DNA of 64,000 bases from Candidatus Sulfurovum kebritense (GTDB lineage: Bacteria; Campylobacterota; Campylobacteria; Campylobacterales; Sulfurovaceae): positions 54,599 through 118,598 of the forward strand of contig JBEWPZ010000001.1 of assembly GCA_047689535.1 (NCBI GenBank), given 5' to 3'. A model generated the notes under the pieces. The model did not search any database and had not been told where the DNA came from. It saw only the letters and a program-made list of their open reading frames with translations. Shown here piece after piece: positions 1 to 10,688 of this stretch (position 1 is its first letter; each line of letters begins with the position of its first letter). Made by a program: the position numbers and the translations under genes.

Positions 1-1
1 G

Positions 2-550
2 CTTGATGCCATAGGTGCAGGTTCGTTTGACCTTTTGCTGCTTGATGTGCATGTACCGAATATCGATGGGTTTGAGATACTCAGATACTTACGGGATATC
101 GGCAATACTACGCCAGCTATCTATATCACCTCACTATCCGATATCGATGCACTGAAAAAAGGGTTTGAACTGGGAGCAGATGATTACCTGCGCAAGCCTT
201 TCGAGTTAGAAGAGCTGAATGCACGTATTGAGCACATCATGAAGCTCTATCGCTTACAAGAGGAGATAGAGTTTGATGGCATGAAGTTCATTCCCAAAGC
301 ACATCAGATCATCATTAAGGATGAGGTCATAGAGATGAGGCAGAAAGAGGCACAGGTTTTAGAGTATTTTATTAGAAATAGCGGGAAGATCATCTCCTGT
401 GACGAGATCATCGAGAATGTGTGGGATGAGGAGCATCTTCCTACACATGCTACGATCCGTACCTACATTAAAAATCTTCGTAAACTCTTAAGTGAAAAAG
501 AGTATTTTGACAATATTAAAGGAGAGGGGTATCGTTTTAACATCGTATGA
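2..550 (+). CDS. OmpR/PhoB-family response regulator, 5' end cut by window edge
   Basis: Frame is open to the window edge. Receiver motifs (LLLDVHVPNIDGFEIL, LRKPF) followed by a winged-helix C-terminus (EGYRF). Confidence 0.85.
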   Translation, partial: LDAIGAGSFDLLLLDVHVPNIDGFEILRYLRDIGNTTPAIYITSLSDIDALKKGFELGADDYLRKPFELEELNARIEHIMKLYRLQEEIEFDGMKFIPKAHQIIIKDEVIEMRQKEAQVLEYFIRNSGKIISCDEIIENVWDEEHLPTHATIRTYIKNLRKLLSEKEYFDNIKGEGYRFNIV

Positions 551-1712
551 ACGTAGTTCACTCGTTCGCTTTTTGGCACTCTATTTGGGATCGGTGTTTG
601 TACTGCTTGCGATTATCGGTTATCTTTTTTTTGAAAACAACCGTTCATCGATGATCAGTGCAATGAAATTTGAGATGATGTATCAAGGACGTATGCTCTC
701 TTCGGAGATTATTATGGAAGCGATGACAATGTCCGAAGAGTTGGATGAACAGGAGGTGATCGAGTTTCTGGAAAAGCTTGATCTATGCCGTTTTTCGGTC
801 GGCTATTATGATCGCAATCGTAAAGCCCTCTATACAACAATTGAAAACTTTAAAAACTTTGATAAGTCATTTTTTATACAAGGTGACAGCTGTTATACCG
901 TGATAGAAGATTATAGTGAACATCTCGGCGTGCGGTATATCGTACTTAAAGAGAATGAATTGACCAAAATATTACAGGCACTCCGAATACGTATTATCTC
1001 GTACCTGGTGCTCTCTTTTATCCTGATGGGCGTAGTAGGGTATTTTCTGGGAAGACTTTTTTTGCAGCCTGTGCGTGAACAGATCGAATCACTTGACCGC
1101 TTTATCTCCGATACCACGCATGAGCTCAATACGCCTATCTCTGCGATCTTAATGACGATACAGTCGCTTAAAAATGTGGAAGAGAAGAAAATAGCAAGGC
1201 TGAAAGCAAGTGCACAACGGTTGAGTATGATGTACAGCTCACTGACCTATCGACTGGAGGGTAAGGAGGAGCCGGATGAGGTGATCTGTCTGGAACAGGT
1301 AGTGAATGAACGTATCGAATTGATGAAGGAGCTGATAGAGGCAAAACGGCTAAAGATAAAAGTGGATACCGAGCCTTACAAGATCATAATAGCCAAGCGT
1401 TCAGCTGATAGGTTGATAGACAACTTGCTCTCTAATGCGATCAAATACTCTGATGTGGGTGACAGCATTATCGTTTCACTGAAAGGTCGGGTACTTAAAG
1501 TCCAGGATACCGGGATAGGTATGCCCCATCAAGTACAAGCAGATATCTTCAAACGTTATGAAAGAGCCAATAAGGAGCGGGGCGGGTTTGGCATCGGTTT
1601 AAGTATCGTACTGGATATCTGTAAAAGGTACGGTATCAAGCTAGACCTTCTTTCGAAAGAAGGAGAAGGGAGTACCTTTATCCTGACTTTCCCAAGAGCA
1701 GGAAAGCGGTAG
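492..1712 (+). CDS. Sensor histidine kinase (HisKA + HATPase_c), partner of upstream regulator
   Basis: Two TM segments, H-box SDTTHELNTPISAI, N-box DNLLSNAIKYS, G-boxes QDTGIGM and GGFGIGLSIV. Start is uncertain because it overlaps the regulator by 59 nt. Confidence 0.85.
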   Translation: MKKSILTILKERGIVLTSYERSSLVRFLALYLGSVFVLLAIIGYLFFENNRSSMISAMKFEMMYQGRMLSSEIIMEAMTMSEELDEQEVIEFLEKLDLCRFSVGYYDRNRKALYTTIENFKNFDKSFFIQGDSCYTVIEDYSEHLGVRYIVLKENELTKILQALRIRIISYLVLSFILMGVVGYFLGRLFLQPVREQIESLDRFISDTTHELNTPISAILMTIQSLKNVEEKKIARLKASAQRLSMMYSSLTYRLEGKEEPDEVICLEQVVNERIELMKELIEAKRLKIKVDTEPYKIIIAKRSADRLIDNLLSNAIKYSDVGDSIIVSLKGRVLKVQDTGIGMPHQVQADIFKRYERANKERGGFGIGLSIVLDICKRYGIKLDLLSKEGEGSTFILTFPRAGKR

Positions 1713-1715
1713 TCT

Positions 1716-2108
1716 CTACTCGACACTGTCCATCAGGATACCGATGATATCTGTCATTGTGATAATACCAAGCAGTTCATTGTTATCGGTCACAAGCATA
1801 CGTTTGATAGAGTGTTGTACCATCATTCTGGCTGCGTATTTGACATCAAGTTGCGAGGAGACTGAAAATGCAGGTGTGGCTGCGATATCGTAGACATTGA
1901 GCAGGTCGATATCACCATCTTCTGCGACAATACTTTGAAGAATATTTTTAAATGTGACAAGACCGTAAGCACCATGCGGTGAGGTTTTCTCTACGATCAC
2001 CGAACGTACCTTATGACCTTTCATCAACTGAAGTGCTTCTCTGACCGAAGCCATGGGTGAGATCTTTACAAGCTTTTCTGCGGGTGTCATAATGTCTTTG
2101 GTTAACAT
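1716..2108 (-). CDS. CBS-pair domain protein
   Basis: 130 aa with two CBS-like repeats (IMTP..V, VRSVIVE; IKRMLVTDNNELLGIITMTDI). Overlaps the upstream ORF by 7 nt. Confidence 0.8.
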   Translation of the reverse strand: MLTKDIMTPAEKLVKISPMASVREALQLMKGHKVRSVIVEKTSPHGAYGLVTFKNILQSIVAEDGDIDLLNVYDIAATPAFSVSSQLDVKYAARMMVQHSIKRMLVTDNNELLGIITMTDIIGILMDSVE

Positions 2109-2467
2109 TGGATTCCTCCTAACATAGTTTTGATATTGTCTTCAAATTGATGCAGCTCATCTGTATCCAGGCCGGCAACATGAGTAAGCGGTAGTGTAAA
2201 TGCCATCCCTGAGTTCTCCGGATTATCCAGGTCAAACTCTTCTCTTAAGGTACGCATCACCTTCATCGTGAGTTTACGCGGAAGGACAAAGAGCAGTACG
2301 GAGACATTCTCTTCAAGTGTAAGGCCAAAGAAGACCTTCTTTTCTTTGAGACCGATATTCTTCCCATGCAGGATCGTGACAGATCCTGCTCCGGACTCTT
2401 TCGCAACTTCGATCGCTCTCTCTTCATCTTTGTCTTGAATGACCGTAATCAACGCGCTGAACTTCAT
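2102..2467 (-). CDS. PII-like (GlnB-fold) small regulatory protein
   Basis: 121 aa. The beta-alpha-beta pattern resembles the PII family ([37 protein letters not shown]). 4-nt overlap with the DUF1538 gene. Confidence 0.6.
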   Translation of the reverse strand: MKFSALITVIQDKDEERAIEVAKESGAGSVTILHGKNIGLKEKKVFFGLTLEENVSVLLFVLPRKLTMKVMRTLREEFDLDNPENSGMAFTLPLTHVAGLDTDELHQFEDNIKTMLGGIQC

Positions 2468-3984
2468 TCTTTTTCTCCTTCTACTTTAGGTTGCTTGTAT
2501 TGTGCTATGATACCATAACCCATCACTGTGATCATTGGGAAGAGTGATGCAAATGCGATCAGCCCGAAGCCGTCGATGAGCGGGTTTCTTCCTTCGATAT
2601 TCTCAGCCAGTCCCAGACCCAGTGCCGCAACAAGGGGTACGGTGACCGTAGAGGTTGTGACTCCTCCACTGTCATAGGCAATAGGGATGATATACCGTGG
2701 AGCAAACTGTGTCATTATGATCACAAAGATATACCCTACGATAATATAGTAATGGATTGGATCTCCTACGACGATACGGTATGCTCCCAATGCGATACCC
2801 AGTGCGACCCCGATCGCCACGGCAATACGTAATACCATCTGTTTGATACTGCCATTACTGATCTCCTCGGCTTTAATCGCGATCGCAAGCAGTGAAGGCT
2901 CAGCCATCGTCGTAGAGAAGCCGATCAAAAAAGCAAAGAGGTATATCAGCAGATTATTCTTCATCGCAGTCAATTGGAATGCAATCGTCTCACCGATAGG
3001 AAAAAGTCCCATCTCCAGGCCAACGATAAAGGCATAAAGTCCCAAAATGACCATAAGGATACCTGTAGCAATTTTGTGCAGATGTGCAACCGGTTTTTTA
3101 ATAATCATATACTGAAAGAAAAAGATGACACCCAGGATAGGGGCGACATCTTTCACGACGCCTACCAGTTCAAGAAAGGTTTCTTTCAGGCTGAACTCAT
3201 ATACAGCAGTGGCCGTTTTCGCCCCTTCTACAGCAGCGTTTACTCCCTCAACGACTGCAGGTCCGGCATCAGCCATAGCATAGACGATGATCCCGTAGAC
3301 CTGTACAAAGATCATAGGGGTCAACGAAGCAAACGCGATCAGCCCGAAGCCATCGATCACAGGGTTACGCCCTTTGATACTTGAGGCAAGACCGATACCC
3401 AGTGCTGCGACAAGAGGAACGGTCACTGTAGAGGTCGTGACGCCACCACTGTCATATGCAAGTCCGATGATCTCAGGCGGTGCTAGGAATGTGACAGTAA
3501 CGACCAGAACATATCCGGTGATAATATAGTAATGGATCGGGTGCCCAAGCAAAATACGCAATGTCCCCAGTGCAATAGCAAATCCTACCGAGAGTGCCAC
3601 TGTCATGCGCAGAAAGAAGGCATCGACTTTTCCATCACTGATAGAAGCAGCCTTCTCTGCTATGGCAATGAGTGCAGGTTCTGCGACTGTTGTAGCAAAT
3701 CCGATCGTAAAGGCGAACAGGAGCAGCCAGAAGATAGATCCCTTTTTAGCAAAGTCAGTAGCAAGGTTCTCTCCAATCGGAAATATCCCCAGCTCCAGTC
3801 CCCGTATAAATAGCGCTAATCCTACGGCAACAATCGTCAATCCTATCACAATAGAGGAGAGGTTGTCCGGCATAGCCTGAATGATCGCTACCTGAAAAAA
3901 CGCAACAACAAGAATGATAGGGATAAGATCTTTGAATGAGTTTTTCAGATCCCCACCGAATATTTTCATACTTTCTTTTATCAT
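2464..3984 (-). CDS. DUF1538-family polytopic membrane protein (internally duplicated)
   Basis: 506 aa, multi-TM. Repeated motifs [22 protein letters not shown] and [21 protein letters not shown] occur once in each half. Confidence 0.75.
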   Translation of the reverse strand: MIKESMKIFGGDLKNSFKDLIPIILVVAFFQVAIIQAMPDNLSSIVIGLTIVAVGLALFIRGLELGIFPIGENLATDFAKKGSIFWLLLFAFTIGFATTVAEPALIAIAEKAASISDGKVDAFFLRMTVALSVGFAIALGTLRILLGHPIHYYIITGYVLVVTVTFLAPPEIIGLAYDSGGVTTSTVTVPLVAALGIGLASSIKGRNPVIDGFGLIAFASLTPMIFVQVYGIIVYAMADAGPAVVEGVNAAVEGAKTATAVYEFSLKETFLELVGVVKDVAPILGVIFFFQYMIIKKPVAHLHKIATGILMVILGLYAFIVGLEMGLFPIGETIAFQLTAMKNNLLIYLFAFLIGFSTTMAEPSLLAIAIKAEEISNGSIKQMVLRIAVAIGVALGIALGAYRIVVGDPIHYYIIVGYIFVIIMTQFAPRYIIPIAYDSGGVTTSTVTVPLVAALGLGLAENIEGRNPLIDGFGLIAFASLFPMITVMGYGIIAQYKQPKVEGEKE

Positions 3985-4075
3985 GGGTGTAATTATATCT
4001 TTTACAACCCATGGTAAAGGTTTATTGGTTGCCTAATAAGGACTTTTTGTGATTAAAAGATGAAAAGGTAACCTT

Positions 4076-4306
4076 TCAGTGATCTGCGGATTGCTCTTTA
4101 TGCTCTTCTTGCTTGACTTTACAGCCTGTATTGATACCTAAGAGTGCATAAGGAGGGCACCACCCGATCGCTACAGTGATCAGTAAAGCTACTCCGACGA
4201 TATCGGCGATGATACAGCTATTCATCAAACCCCAGGCCAGCAATCCGATCCCCAGCACTGTTCTGATGATCCGGTCAATTTTTCCCATATTACATTTCAT
4301 AGTCAA
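4076..4306 (-). CDS. DUF2892 (YgaP-like TM domain) small membrane protein
   Basis: 76 aa. MGKIDRIIRTVLGIGLLAWGL motif plus a second TM and a cysteine-containing loop. Confidence 0.6.
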   Translation of the reverse strand: MTMKCNMGKIDRIIRTVLGIGLLAWGLMNSCIIADIVGVALLITVAIGWCPPYALLGINTGCKVKQEEHKEQSADH

Positions 4307-4369
4307 CTCCTATTGAATATAGGAGCAGTATAGTATCATGATGTGGTCTCTCTGTGTAGCCGGTTCGAA

Positions 4370-6304
4370 CTATCGTTTATTTAAATAGGTCAATACTTTA
4401 TCGAAGTTCTTCTCGTGTCCAAAACAACTGCTCGAATTGCAGATCATAAATCCATCGTTGGTATCATTTTTAAGATAGGTGAAAGGGTAGGTGACAGTGT
4501 CGACGCTTGAAGTATTTTCCAAAAGCTTCTCTTCTGTCGCTTTGATGATAATATCATCTTTGAGGTAGCGTACTACCATGGAACTCATCGTCGGTGAAGA
4601 GATCGGTTGTCTCATGACATCATAGGAGTGTATCTCCAGGGACTTGAAGACAAACTTCTTGTAGACACTGTCTACCAAAGAGGAGAGTGAGTGGAGTACA
4701 TTGAGCATGACCGCCATCGCAGAAGGGTAGGAGCTGTCATAGATATCGGCATTTGTTTCAAACTCTCCTCTTGAGAATTTCCACAAGCCGTTATTATAGT
4801 ACTTTTCTATCGCATTGTTTGTAAGCTTTGTGGCAGTGACAAGGTACTTTTCATCCAGCGTGCTTCGGTAGGCTTCGACTAAGGTATCGGCCAAATAGGC
4901 ATAATCTTCCAGAAATGCATGGATCTTAGGTTCTTTCCCTACCAAGGTGGAGTGAAAGAGCTGAGAGTGGATATACATACTCTCCAGCAGCGCATCAAGA
5001 GAGTTTTTGGCATGTTCCAAGTAGTGTGGTTCGATACGTCCGGCCTGGAAGAGGGATTTGATCATCATCGCATTCCATGAAACAAGGACTTTTTTATCGA
5101 TAAATGGATAGAGATGCTTCTCGTCTCTGCGTTTTTTCAGGGCGGCAAGCGCTTCACTATAGTAGGGAATATCGATATGGGCCGGATCGTCTACCCGGAG
5201 AATATTTTTCCCATCAAAATTGCCCTCTTTTGTGATATGGAGTGCTTTGGCCAGTGCATTGTGTGCTTTTTCCGGGATACCCGCTTTTGCAAAGGACTTG
5301 AGTGCTTTTTCATACGTATAGACAAAGTATTTTCCCTCTTCCCCCTCGGTATCTGCATCACTAGCTGAGTAGAAGAGCCCTTTTTTGCTCATTTTCTCAA
5401 GCATAAAGTCCAGAGTTTCAAAGGCTACCTGTTTATAAAACTCATCCCCTGTCGTATGGTAAGCCTTGAGATAGAGTTCACTGAGCAGCGCATTGTCATA
5501 GGTCATCTTCTCGAAATGGGGTACGAGCCATTGATCATCTGTACTGTAACGGCAGAAACCTCCGTCCACCAGGTCTCTCAGTCCGCCTTTTGCCATGGAG
5601 GTCAATGAGTGTGTTGCCATCTGAAGCGCTTCTTTGTCTCCTATAATACGGTGCAGGTCAAGCAGAAACTTGAGAAGAGAGGTTTGCGGGAATTTCGGTG
5701 ATTTGTTAAAGCCCCCGTCTGTATCGTCAAAGAGTTGTTTGGCCTGATCGATAAAACGAGCCATGATACTCTCATCCATACGAGTGGCCTGTATCTTCTC
5801 TTTGCGGGAGTTGATAAAGCCCAGTATCTCATCCGCTTTTTCGAGTAGTAACTTTTTTTCTGTCTGATACTTCTCTGCGATCACTTCCAAAAGAGAACTG
5901 AAGCTCATCATTCCATATTTGGGTTCATCCGGTATATAGGTGGCAGAGTAGATAGGTTTGAGATCCTGGCTTAGAAAGATTGAGGTGGGCCATCCGCCCG
6001 GACGTCCGTTCATCAATTGATAGATCTCCTGAAAATGTTTATCGATATCGGGTCGCTCTTCACGGTCAACCTTGATGGAGATAAAGTGTGTGTTAAGTAG
6101 TTTGGCTGTGGCTTCATTTTCAAATGACTCGCGTTCCATTACATGACACCAGTGACAGGAACTGTAACCGATGGAGAGAAATATCGGTTTGTTCTCTTTC
6201 TCTGCTTTTTGAAAAGCCTTTTCTCCCCAAGGGTACCAGTCTACAGGGTTTTCTGCATGTTGTTGGAGATAGGGGGAGTATTCATTTTTGAGATGATTTG
6301 CCAT
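4370..6304 (-). CDS. Thioredoxin-domain protein, DUF255/YyaL (SSP411-like) family
   Basis: 644 aa. N-terminus [53 protein letters not shown] is characteristic of the family. Confidence 0.85.
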   Translation of the reverse strand: MANHLKNEYSPYLQQHAENPVDWYPWGEKAFQKAEKENKPIFLSIGYSSCHWCHVMERESFENEATAKLLNTHFISIKVDREERPDIDKHFQEIYQLMNGRPGGWPTSIFLSQDLKPIYSATYIPDEPKYGMMSFSSLLEVIAEKYQTEKKLLLEKADEILGFINSRKEKIQATRMDESIMARFIDQAKQLFDDTDGGFNKSPKFPQTSLLKFLLDLHRIIGDKEALQMATHSLTSMAKGGLRDLVDGGFCRYSTDDQWLVPHFEKMTYDNALLSELYLKAYHTTGDEFYKQVAFETLDFMLEKMSKKGLFYSASDADTEGEEGKYFVYTYEKALKSFAKAGIPEKAHNALAKALHITKEGNFDGKNILRVDDPAHIDIPYYSEALAALKKRRDEKHLYPFIDKKVLVSWNAMMIKSLFQAGRIEPHYLEHAKNSLDALLESMYIHSQLFHSTLVGKEPKIHAFLEDYAYLADTLVEAYRSTLDEKYLVTATKLTNNAIEKYYNNGLWKFSRGEFETNADIYDSSYPSAMAVMLNVLHSLSSLVDSVYKKFVFKSLEIHSYDVMRQPISSPTMSSMVVRYLKDDIIIKATEEKLLENTSSVDTVTYPFTYLKNDTNDGFMICNSSSCFGHEKNFDKVLTYLNKR

Positions 6305-6439
6305 TATTCAACCTTATTTGAGCTATGTTAAATTCAATTTTGGATAAAATCACTGCAACATCTTTATGTGCAGGGTTACACACCTTATACACATAGTGTA
6401 CTATAGAATAGTAAAAAATTTGTGTTTTAGAGAGAAAAA

Positions 6440-8224
6440 ATGGTGAATTTGGTCAAAAAGTTACTCCTATTGAGTGTGTTTTTTAGTTCTTTAATGTTTG
6501 GCGGTTTTCAATCCGCATTGAAAAAGCAGAAATTTTTGTCTCCCGAAGAGGCATTTAAAGTTGAAGTGGTACAACAGGATGAACAGATTGTCACGACATT
6601 GACGATGGCTGATAAGATACATATCTATGAAGAGACGATGAGGTTCAAAGCCAAAGGTGATAAGGAGATTGTGCTTAAACCTGATGCGATGCCTACGGCC
6701 GAAGTGCTGGATGGAGAGAGGGTCTATAAGGGGGTAGTCACTGTTTCTATTCCTACAGAGAAGATCACTTCCCAGGTATCGGGAGATTATACCTTCAGTG
6801 TAGAGTTCCAGGGGTGTTCAGATGCCGGGCTGTGCTACTCTCCTATCGTGAAAAGCTATGCGTTTAAAGGAAAAGAACTTGGTGTCTGGGAGAAGGTTGC
6901 AAAACTCTCCAAGGAGGGAAATGCTGCCAAGATCGTTGATGTCCTGATCAATGAGAGTTCTATTTTCGTACTCTTTCTCTTTTTTATCTTTGGGTTGTTA
7001 CTTTCCCTTACTCCATGTATCTTCCCGATGATTCCGATCCTCTCGTCGATCATTGTATCCCAACAGGGAGGTGAAGAGAAACCGAGTATGGCCAAGGCTT
7101 TCTTTACATCATTCATTTATGTCCTTGCCATGGCATTGACCTATACGATCGTGGGACTTGTTGCGGGGCTCGTGGGTGCAGATCTGCAGGCTGCGATGCA
7201 AAATCCATGGGTATTGACGATCTTTGCGGGAGTGTTTGTCGCACTGGCACTCTCACTTTTTGGTTACTATGAGATCGGACTGCCAGCTTCCATCCAGTCC
7301 AAGTTGACCAAGGCGAGCGATGATGCACAGGGTAAAGGGATTGCAGGAACAGCGATCATGGGGGCACTCTCTGCCCTGATCGTAGGACCATGTACCGCTG
7401 CACCGATCTCTGGTGCCGTACTCTTCATCTCCCATACAGGGGATGCACTCCTTGGTGGAGCAGCACTCTTTGTGATGAGTATGGGGATGGGTATGCCGCT
7501 CCTACTTGTAGGATTGGGGGCAGGTAAGTTCATGCCTCGTCCGGGTGGATGGATGACCAAAGTCTCTCAAAGCTTTGGTGTGATGATGCTCGCACTGGCG
7601 ATCTTTATGCTATCACGTATCTTGCCGGATGGTATGACAATGATACTTTGGGCACTTCTCTTTATGGGAACTGCGATCTATATGGGCGTCTTTGAGAACA
7701 AGGCGGGTGAAGGGGCGATGAAGCTTTTCAGAGTGCTGGCATTGGTGTTTCTGCTTTATGGTGCCTCACTTTTCATAGGAGCTCTCAGCGGCGCCAACTC
7801 AATGTTCCGACCATTTGAGAAGTTTACCTCTGCAACGGTTGCGGCACACTCGTCTACAGCGGTTGCAGAAGAGAAGACGTCACATCTGGGATACAGTGTG
7901 GTAAGACTTCAAGAGGAAATCGCAGCGTCAGAGAAACCGGTAGTGGTGGATTTTGGTAAGGACTCATGTACGGCCTGTAAAGAGCTTGAAGAGATCACAT
8001 TCCCTGATCCGGCCGTTCGGAAGCAGATGAAGCGTTTTACCTTTATCAAGGTTGATTTGACGGCCAATACTGATGATGACAAAGCTTTGCTCAAAGAGTA
8101 CGGCTTATTCGGTACTCCGAACATTATCTTTTTTGACAAGAACAACAACTATCTGCCTGAGAAAAGTTTGACAGGGTTTGTTCCACCTGAGCAGTTTGAA
8201 GCGCACCTAAAAGAGGTAGAGTAA
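6440..8224 (+). CDS. dsbD: Thiol:disulfide interchange protein DsbD
   Basis: 594 aa. Signal peptide, N-terminal periplasmic domain, central multi-TM core with LTPCIFPMIP and GPCTAAP motifs, and a C-terminal thioredoxin fold with CTAC. Confidence 0.85.
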   Translation: MVNLVKKLLLLSVFFSSLMFGGFQSALKKQKFLSPEEAFKVEVVQQDEQIVTTLTMADKIHIYEETMRFKAKGDKEIVLKPDAMPTAEVLDGERVYKGVVTVSIPTEKITSQVSGDYTFSVEFQGCSDAGLCYSPIVKSYAFKGKELGVWEKVAKLSKEGNAAKIVDVLINESSIFVLFLFFIFGLLLSLTPCIFPMIPILSSIIVSQQGGEEKPSMAKAFFTSFIYVLAMALTYTIVGLVAGLVGADLQAAMQNPWVLTIFAGVFVALALSLFGYYEIGLPASIQSKLTKASDDAQGKGIAGTAIMGALSALIVGPCTAAPISGAVLFISHTGDALLGGAALFVMSMGMGMPLLLVGLGAGKFMPRPGGWMTKVSQSFGVMMLALAIFMLSRILPDGMTMILWALLFMGTAIYMGVFENKAGEGAMKLFRVLALVFLLYGASLFIGALSGANSMFRPFEKFTSATVAAHSSTAVAEEKTSHLGYSVVRLQEEIAASEKPVVVDFGKDSCTACKELEEITFPDPAVRKQMKRFTFIKVDLTANTDDDKALLKEYGLFGTPNIIFFDKNNNYLPEKSLTGFVPPEQFEAHLKEVE

Positions 8225-8297
8225 ATTAGAATAATATATTTTAGGTAACAGATAATATTCTGTTATAATAAGTCTCATCTATAATAAGAGAGTTGAA

Positions 8298-8738
8298 GTG
8301 GAAAATATCAAGAAAAAAATTCATTTACTAAAACATGAGCTCTCTCTGTGTAAGGATAGGGTGTTATATGATGAGACACTGGAGTCTCACATTACGCAGT
8401 TATCCAATGAAATTCTCTCAGATCCTTCCCTCTCTAAAAAAATTGACAGAAACTCCAAAATATTTTTTCTCTCCAATCGCTTGAAGGATACATTGAAAAG
8501 AAAAGAATTGATGGATAGAACTGCCCAGGAGGAGAGAACCGAACAGATTTCTGAATTTATTGAACAAATCAACAGTGAGGCACTGATGTATGCTGAAGAG
8601 ATATTTTCCACGCTTCTGAATGAACTGGGTATCCCGGATGATATTAAAACCCCTTCGGTTCAGGAAAAAAAAGAAAACTTCTCTACCCTTAAGCAGTTAG
8701 CTGGAAAAAAAGCGCACTGCAACAGCGGGATTTGGTGA
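8298..8738 (+). CDS. Hypothetical protein (GTG start)
   Basis: 146-aa ORF in an otherwise empty gap. Charged and helical, with no motif I recognise. Confidence 0.45.
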   Translation: MENIKKKIHLLKHELSLCKDRVLYDETLESHITQLSNEILSDPSLSKKIDRNSKIFFLSNRLKDTLKRKELMDRTAQEERTEQISEFIEQINSEALMYAEEIFSTLLNELGIPDDIKTPSVQEKKENFSTLKQLAGKKAHCNSGIW

Positions 8739-8821
8739 TGCATCTCATGATTGTATCGGCTATGGTACTCTTTATTGTCTGGTTTCATTGGAAGTCGGTG
8801 TGAGAATGAGTGAGGTGAAAC

Positions 8822-9070
8822 ATGACAGGTAATTTTATGAAAGATGTCTTATCTATTTTCCCCAAAGGATATGAAAAGATTTTTTTAGTGCTCTATACGA
8901 TTTTAGTTCCCTATGTTCTAGGGTTACTTTTTTTCCTTTTTTCTATAGGAACAGGTATTTTTTATATCCTTTCAAGCATACCGTACCTTATCACCTGGCT
9001 TGTCGGTTATGAGGTGTTATCTGTTTTGATACTGCTCTATATTCTTAAAAAAGCTATTTTTTTTCGTTGA
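8822..9070 (+). CDS. Hypothetical small membrane protein
   Basis: 82 aa with 2-3 TM segments. GAGGTG Shine-Dalgarno 8 nt upstream of the ATG. Confidence 0.5.
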   Translation: MTGNFMKDVLSIFPKGYEKIFLVLYTILVPYVLGLLFFLFSIGTGIFYILSSIPYLITWLVGYEVLSVLILLYILKKAIFFR

Positions 9071-9119
9071 ATGGATAGCAAGCAACCTGTCAGGGTCCCT
9101 CTAGCTATATTTGATGCAG

Positions 9120-9578
9120 CTACTCTTCCTCGGTAGCATCAGTGGTATAGACACCGGTAAGTTTCTTCCAGATAATAGAAGCGGCCAGACCAAACCAGAT
9201 CAGTAGACCCATACCGATCGTTGCAGCCCAACCAGCCTGTTCAAAGTCGGTCACATTGATAAGCCCGTACTCCTGAAGCCCCCAAATGAATGCTCCGATA
9301 ATGATCGCTGTCAGTATCGCTCCGTAGAGTTTGAGGCTCTGAAAGATCGATTTGATCGCCAATAGCCAGAGTGCCAGCATGATGAGGATACCAAAAGGGT
9401 TGAATCCCGAGAGGATATTGTCGACATTCGAGATATAGTGAATGAAGTGATATCCGCTTGGATTCCACGTACCGATCGCAAGCGCCAGTGACATAAGCAT
9501 GGTAACCCACCACTGCAGGTAGGTAACCTCTTTTCCAGTTTTGGTTTTTGCGGTTTTTGTAAGAAAACCAGGTAGCAT
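9120..9578 (-). CDS. Hypothetical integral membrane protein
   Basis: 152 aa with four predicted TM helices and an acidic C-terminal tail. Confidence 0.6.
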   Translation of the reverse strand: MLPGFLTKTAKTKTGKEVTYLQWWVTMLMSLALAIGTWNPSGYHFIHYISNVDNILSGFNPFGILIMLALWLLAIKSIFQSLKLYGAILTAIIIGAFIWGLQEYGLINVTDFEQAGWAATIGMGLLIWFGLAASIIWKKLTGVYTTDATEEE

Positions 9579-9672
9579 TATTTCCCCTTGTTGATACGCA
9601 TTTCGGGTATTATAGCAAAAGTTGGTTTTTGGCTATAATATCAAAAAAAGATCGTGTGGGATACACGATACT

Positions 9673-10551
9673 ATGAAACGGAATAACACAATGACTTCTA
9701 AAACACAAAATCAACATATCAAGATCGGCGAACTGAACACCCTGAAGGTAGAACGTGATACGGACTACGGACTCTATCTTTCTGCAGAAGACCTGGAGGA
9801 AGTACTGCTCCCCAATGTCTATGTCATGGAAGAGGAGATGCCGCTCGGTGCACTCCTCGATGTTTTTGTCTATACGGACAGTGAAGACAGACCTGTGGCG
9901 ACAACGAAAATGCCCTATGCTAAGCTTGGTGAGTACGGATACTTTACAGTGGTAGACTATAAATCTTACGGCGCCTTTGTCAACTGGGGGCTGCCCAAAG
10001 ATCTCTTTGTCCCGCTTTCGCAGCAAAAGGAGTACTTCAATATCGGTAAAAAGTATATCCTGCGTATCTGTCTGGATGAGCAGACAGGCAGGCTTTACGG
10101 CACACAGAAGATAGGAAAATACTTCAACCGTACCATGAAGGGGCTACACCAGAACAAGGAACTCGATCTACTGGTGATGGCTAAAACACCGTTAGGGTAC
10201 AAGGTGATAGCGGACAACCAATACGAGGGTATGCTCTTTGATAACGAGATCTTTGAAGCGCTTCACGTCGGTGACCGTAAAAAAGCCTACATTAAAACCA
10301 TAAGAAAAGATGGGAAACTTGACCTGAGTCTACAGCCTATAGGTAAAAAAGCAAAAGTGGATGAGGGAGAGCAAAAAATCCTGGAGCAACTAGAAGTGCA
10401 GGGTGGAGCACTCCCTTTTACCTATAAAAGTGATGCCGAGGAGATCAAAAAGGTTTTTGGAATGAGCAAAAAAAACTTCAAACGTACCTTGACCGCACTT
10501 TTGGAACAAAATAAAATAAAACTTACTGAAGAGAGCATAGTGAAACTATAG
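9673..10551 (+). CDS. cvfB: S1-domain RNA-binding protein, CvfB/YitL family
   Basis: Repeated S1-like segments (GYFTVVDYKSYGAFVNWGLPKDLFVP; GYKVIADNQYEGMLF) and a winged-helix C-terminus. Start is 9673 or 9691; the 9622 ATG lies upstream of a TATAAT at 9634-9639. Confidence 0.75.
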   Translation: MKRNNTMTSKTQNQHIKIGELNTLKVERDTDYGLYLSAEDLEEVLLPNVYVMEEEMPLGALLDVFVYTDSEDRPVATTKMPYAKLGEYGYFTVVDYKSYGAFVNWGLPKDLFVPLSQQKEYFNIGKKYILRICLDEQTGRLYGTQKIGKYFNRTMKGLHQNKELDLLVMAKTPLGYKVIADNQYEGMLFDNEIFEALHVGDRKKAYIKTIRKDGKLDLSLQPIGKKAKVDEGEQKILEQLEVQGGALPFTYKSDAEEIKKVFGMSKKNFKRTLTALLEQNKIKLTEESIVKL

Positions 10552-10688
10552 CGTGTATAGCGCTTTTTAAAGCAGGGACAAAATGACACTTTGGGATTTT
10601 TTTATCCTAAAATGCTTTTTTAGGCTAGACTATCATTAAAGTATTATGCTCTAACCTGGAGATGATACGAGCATTGGGGGACTAGAAG

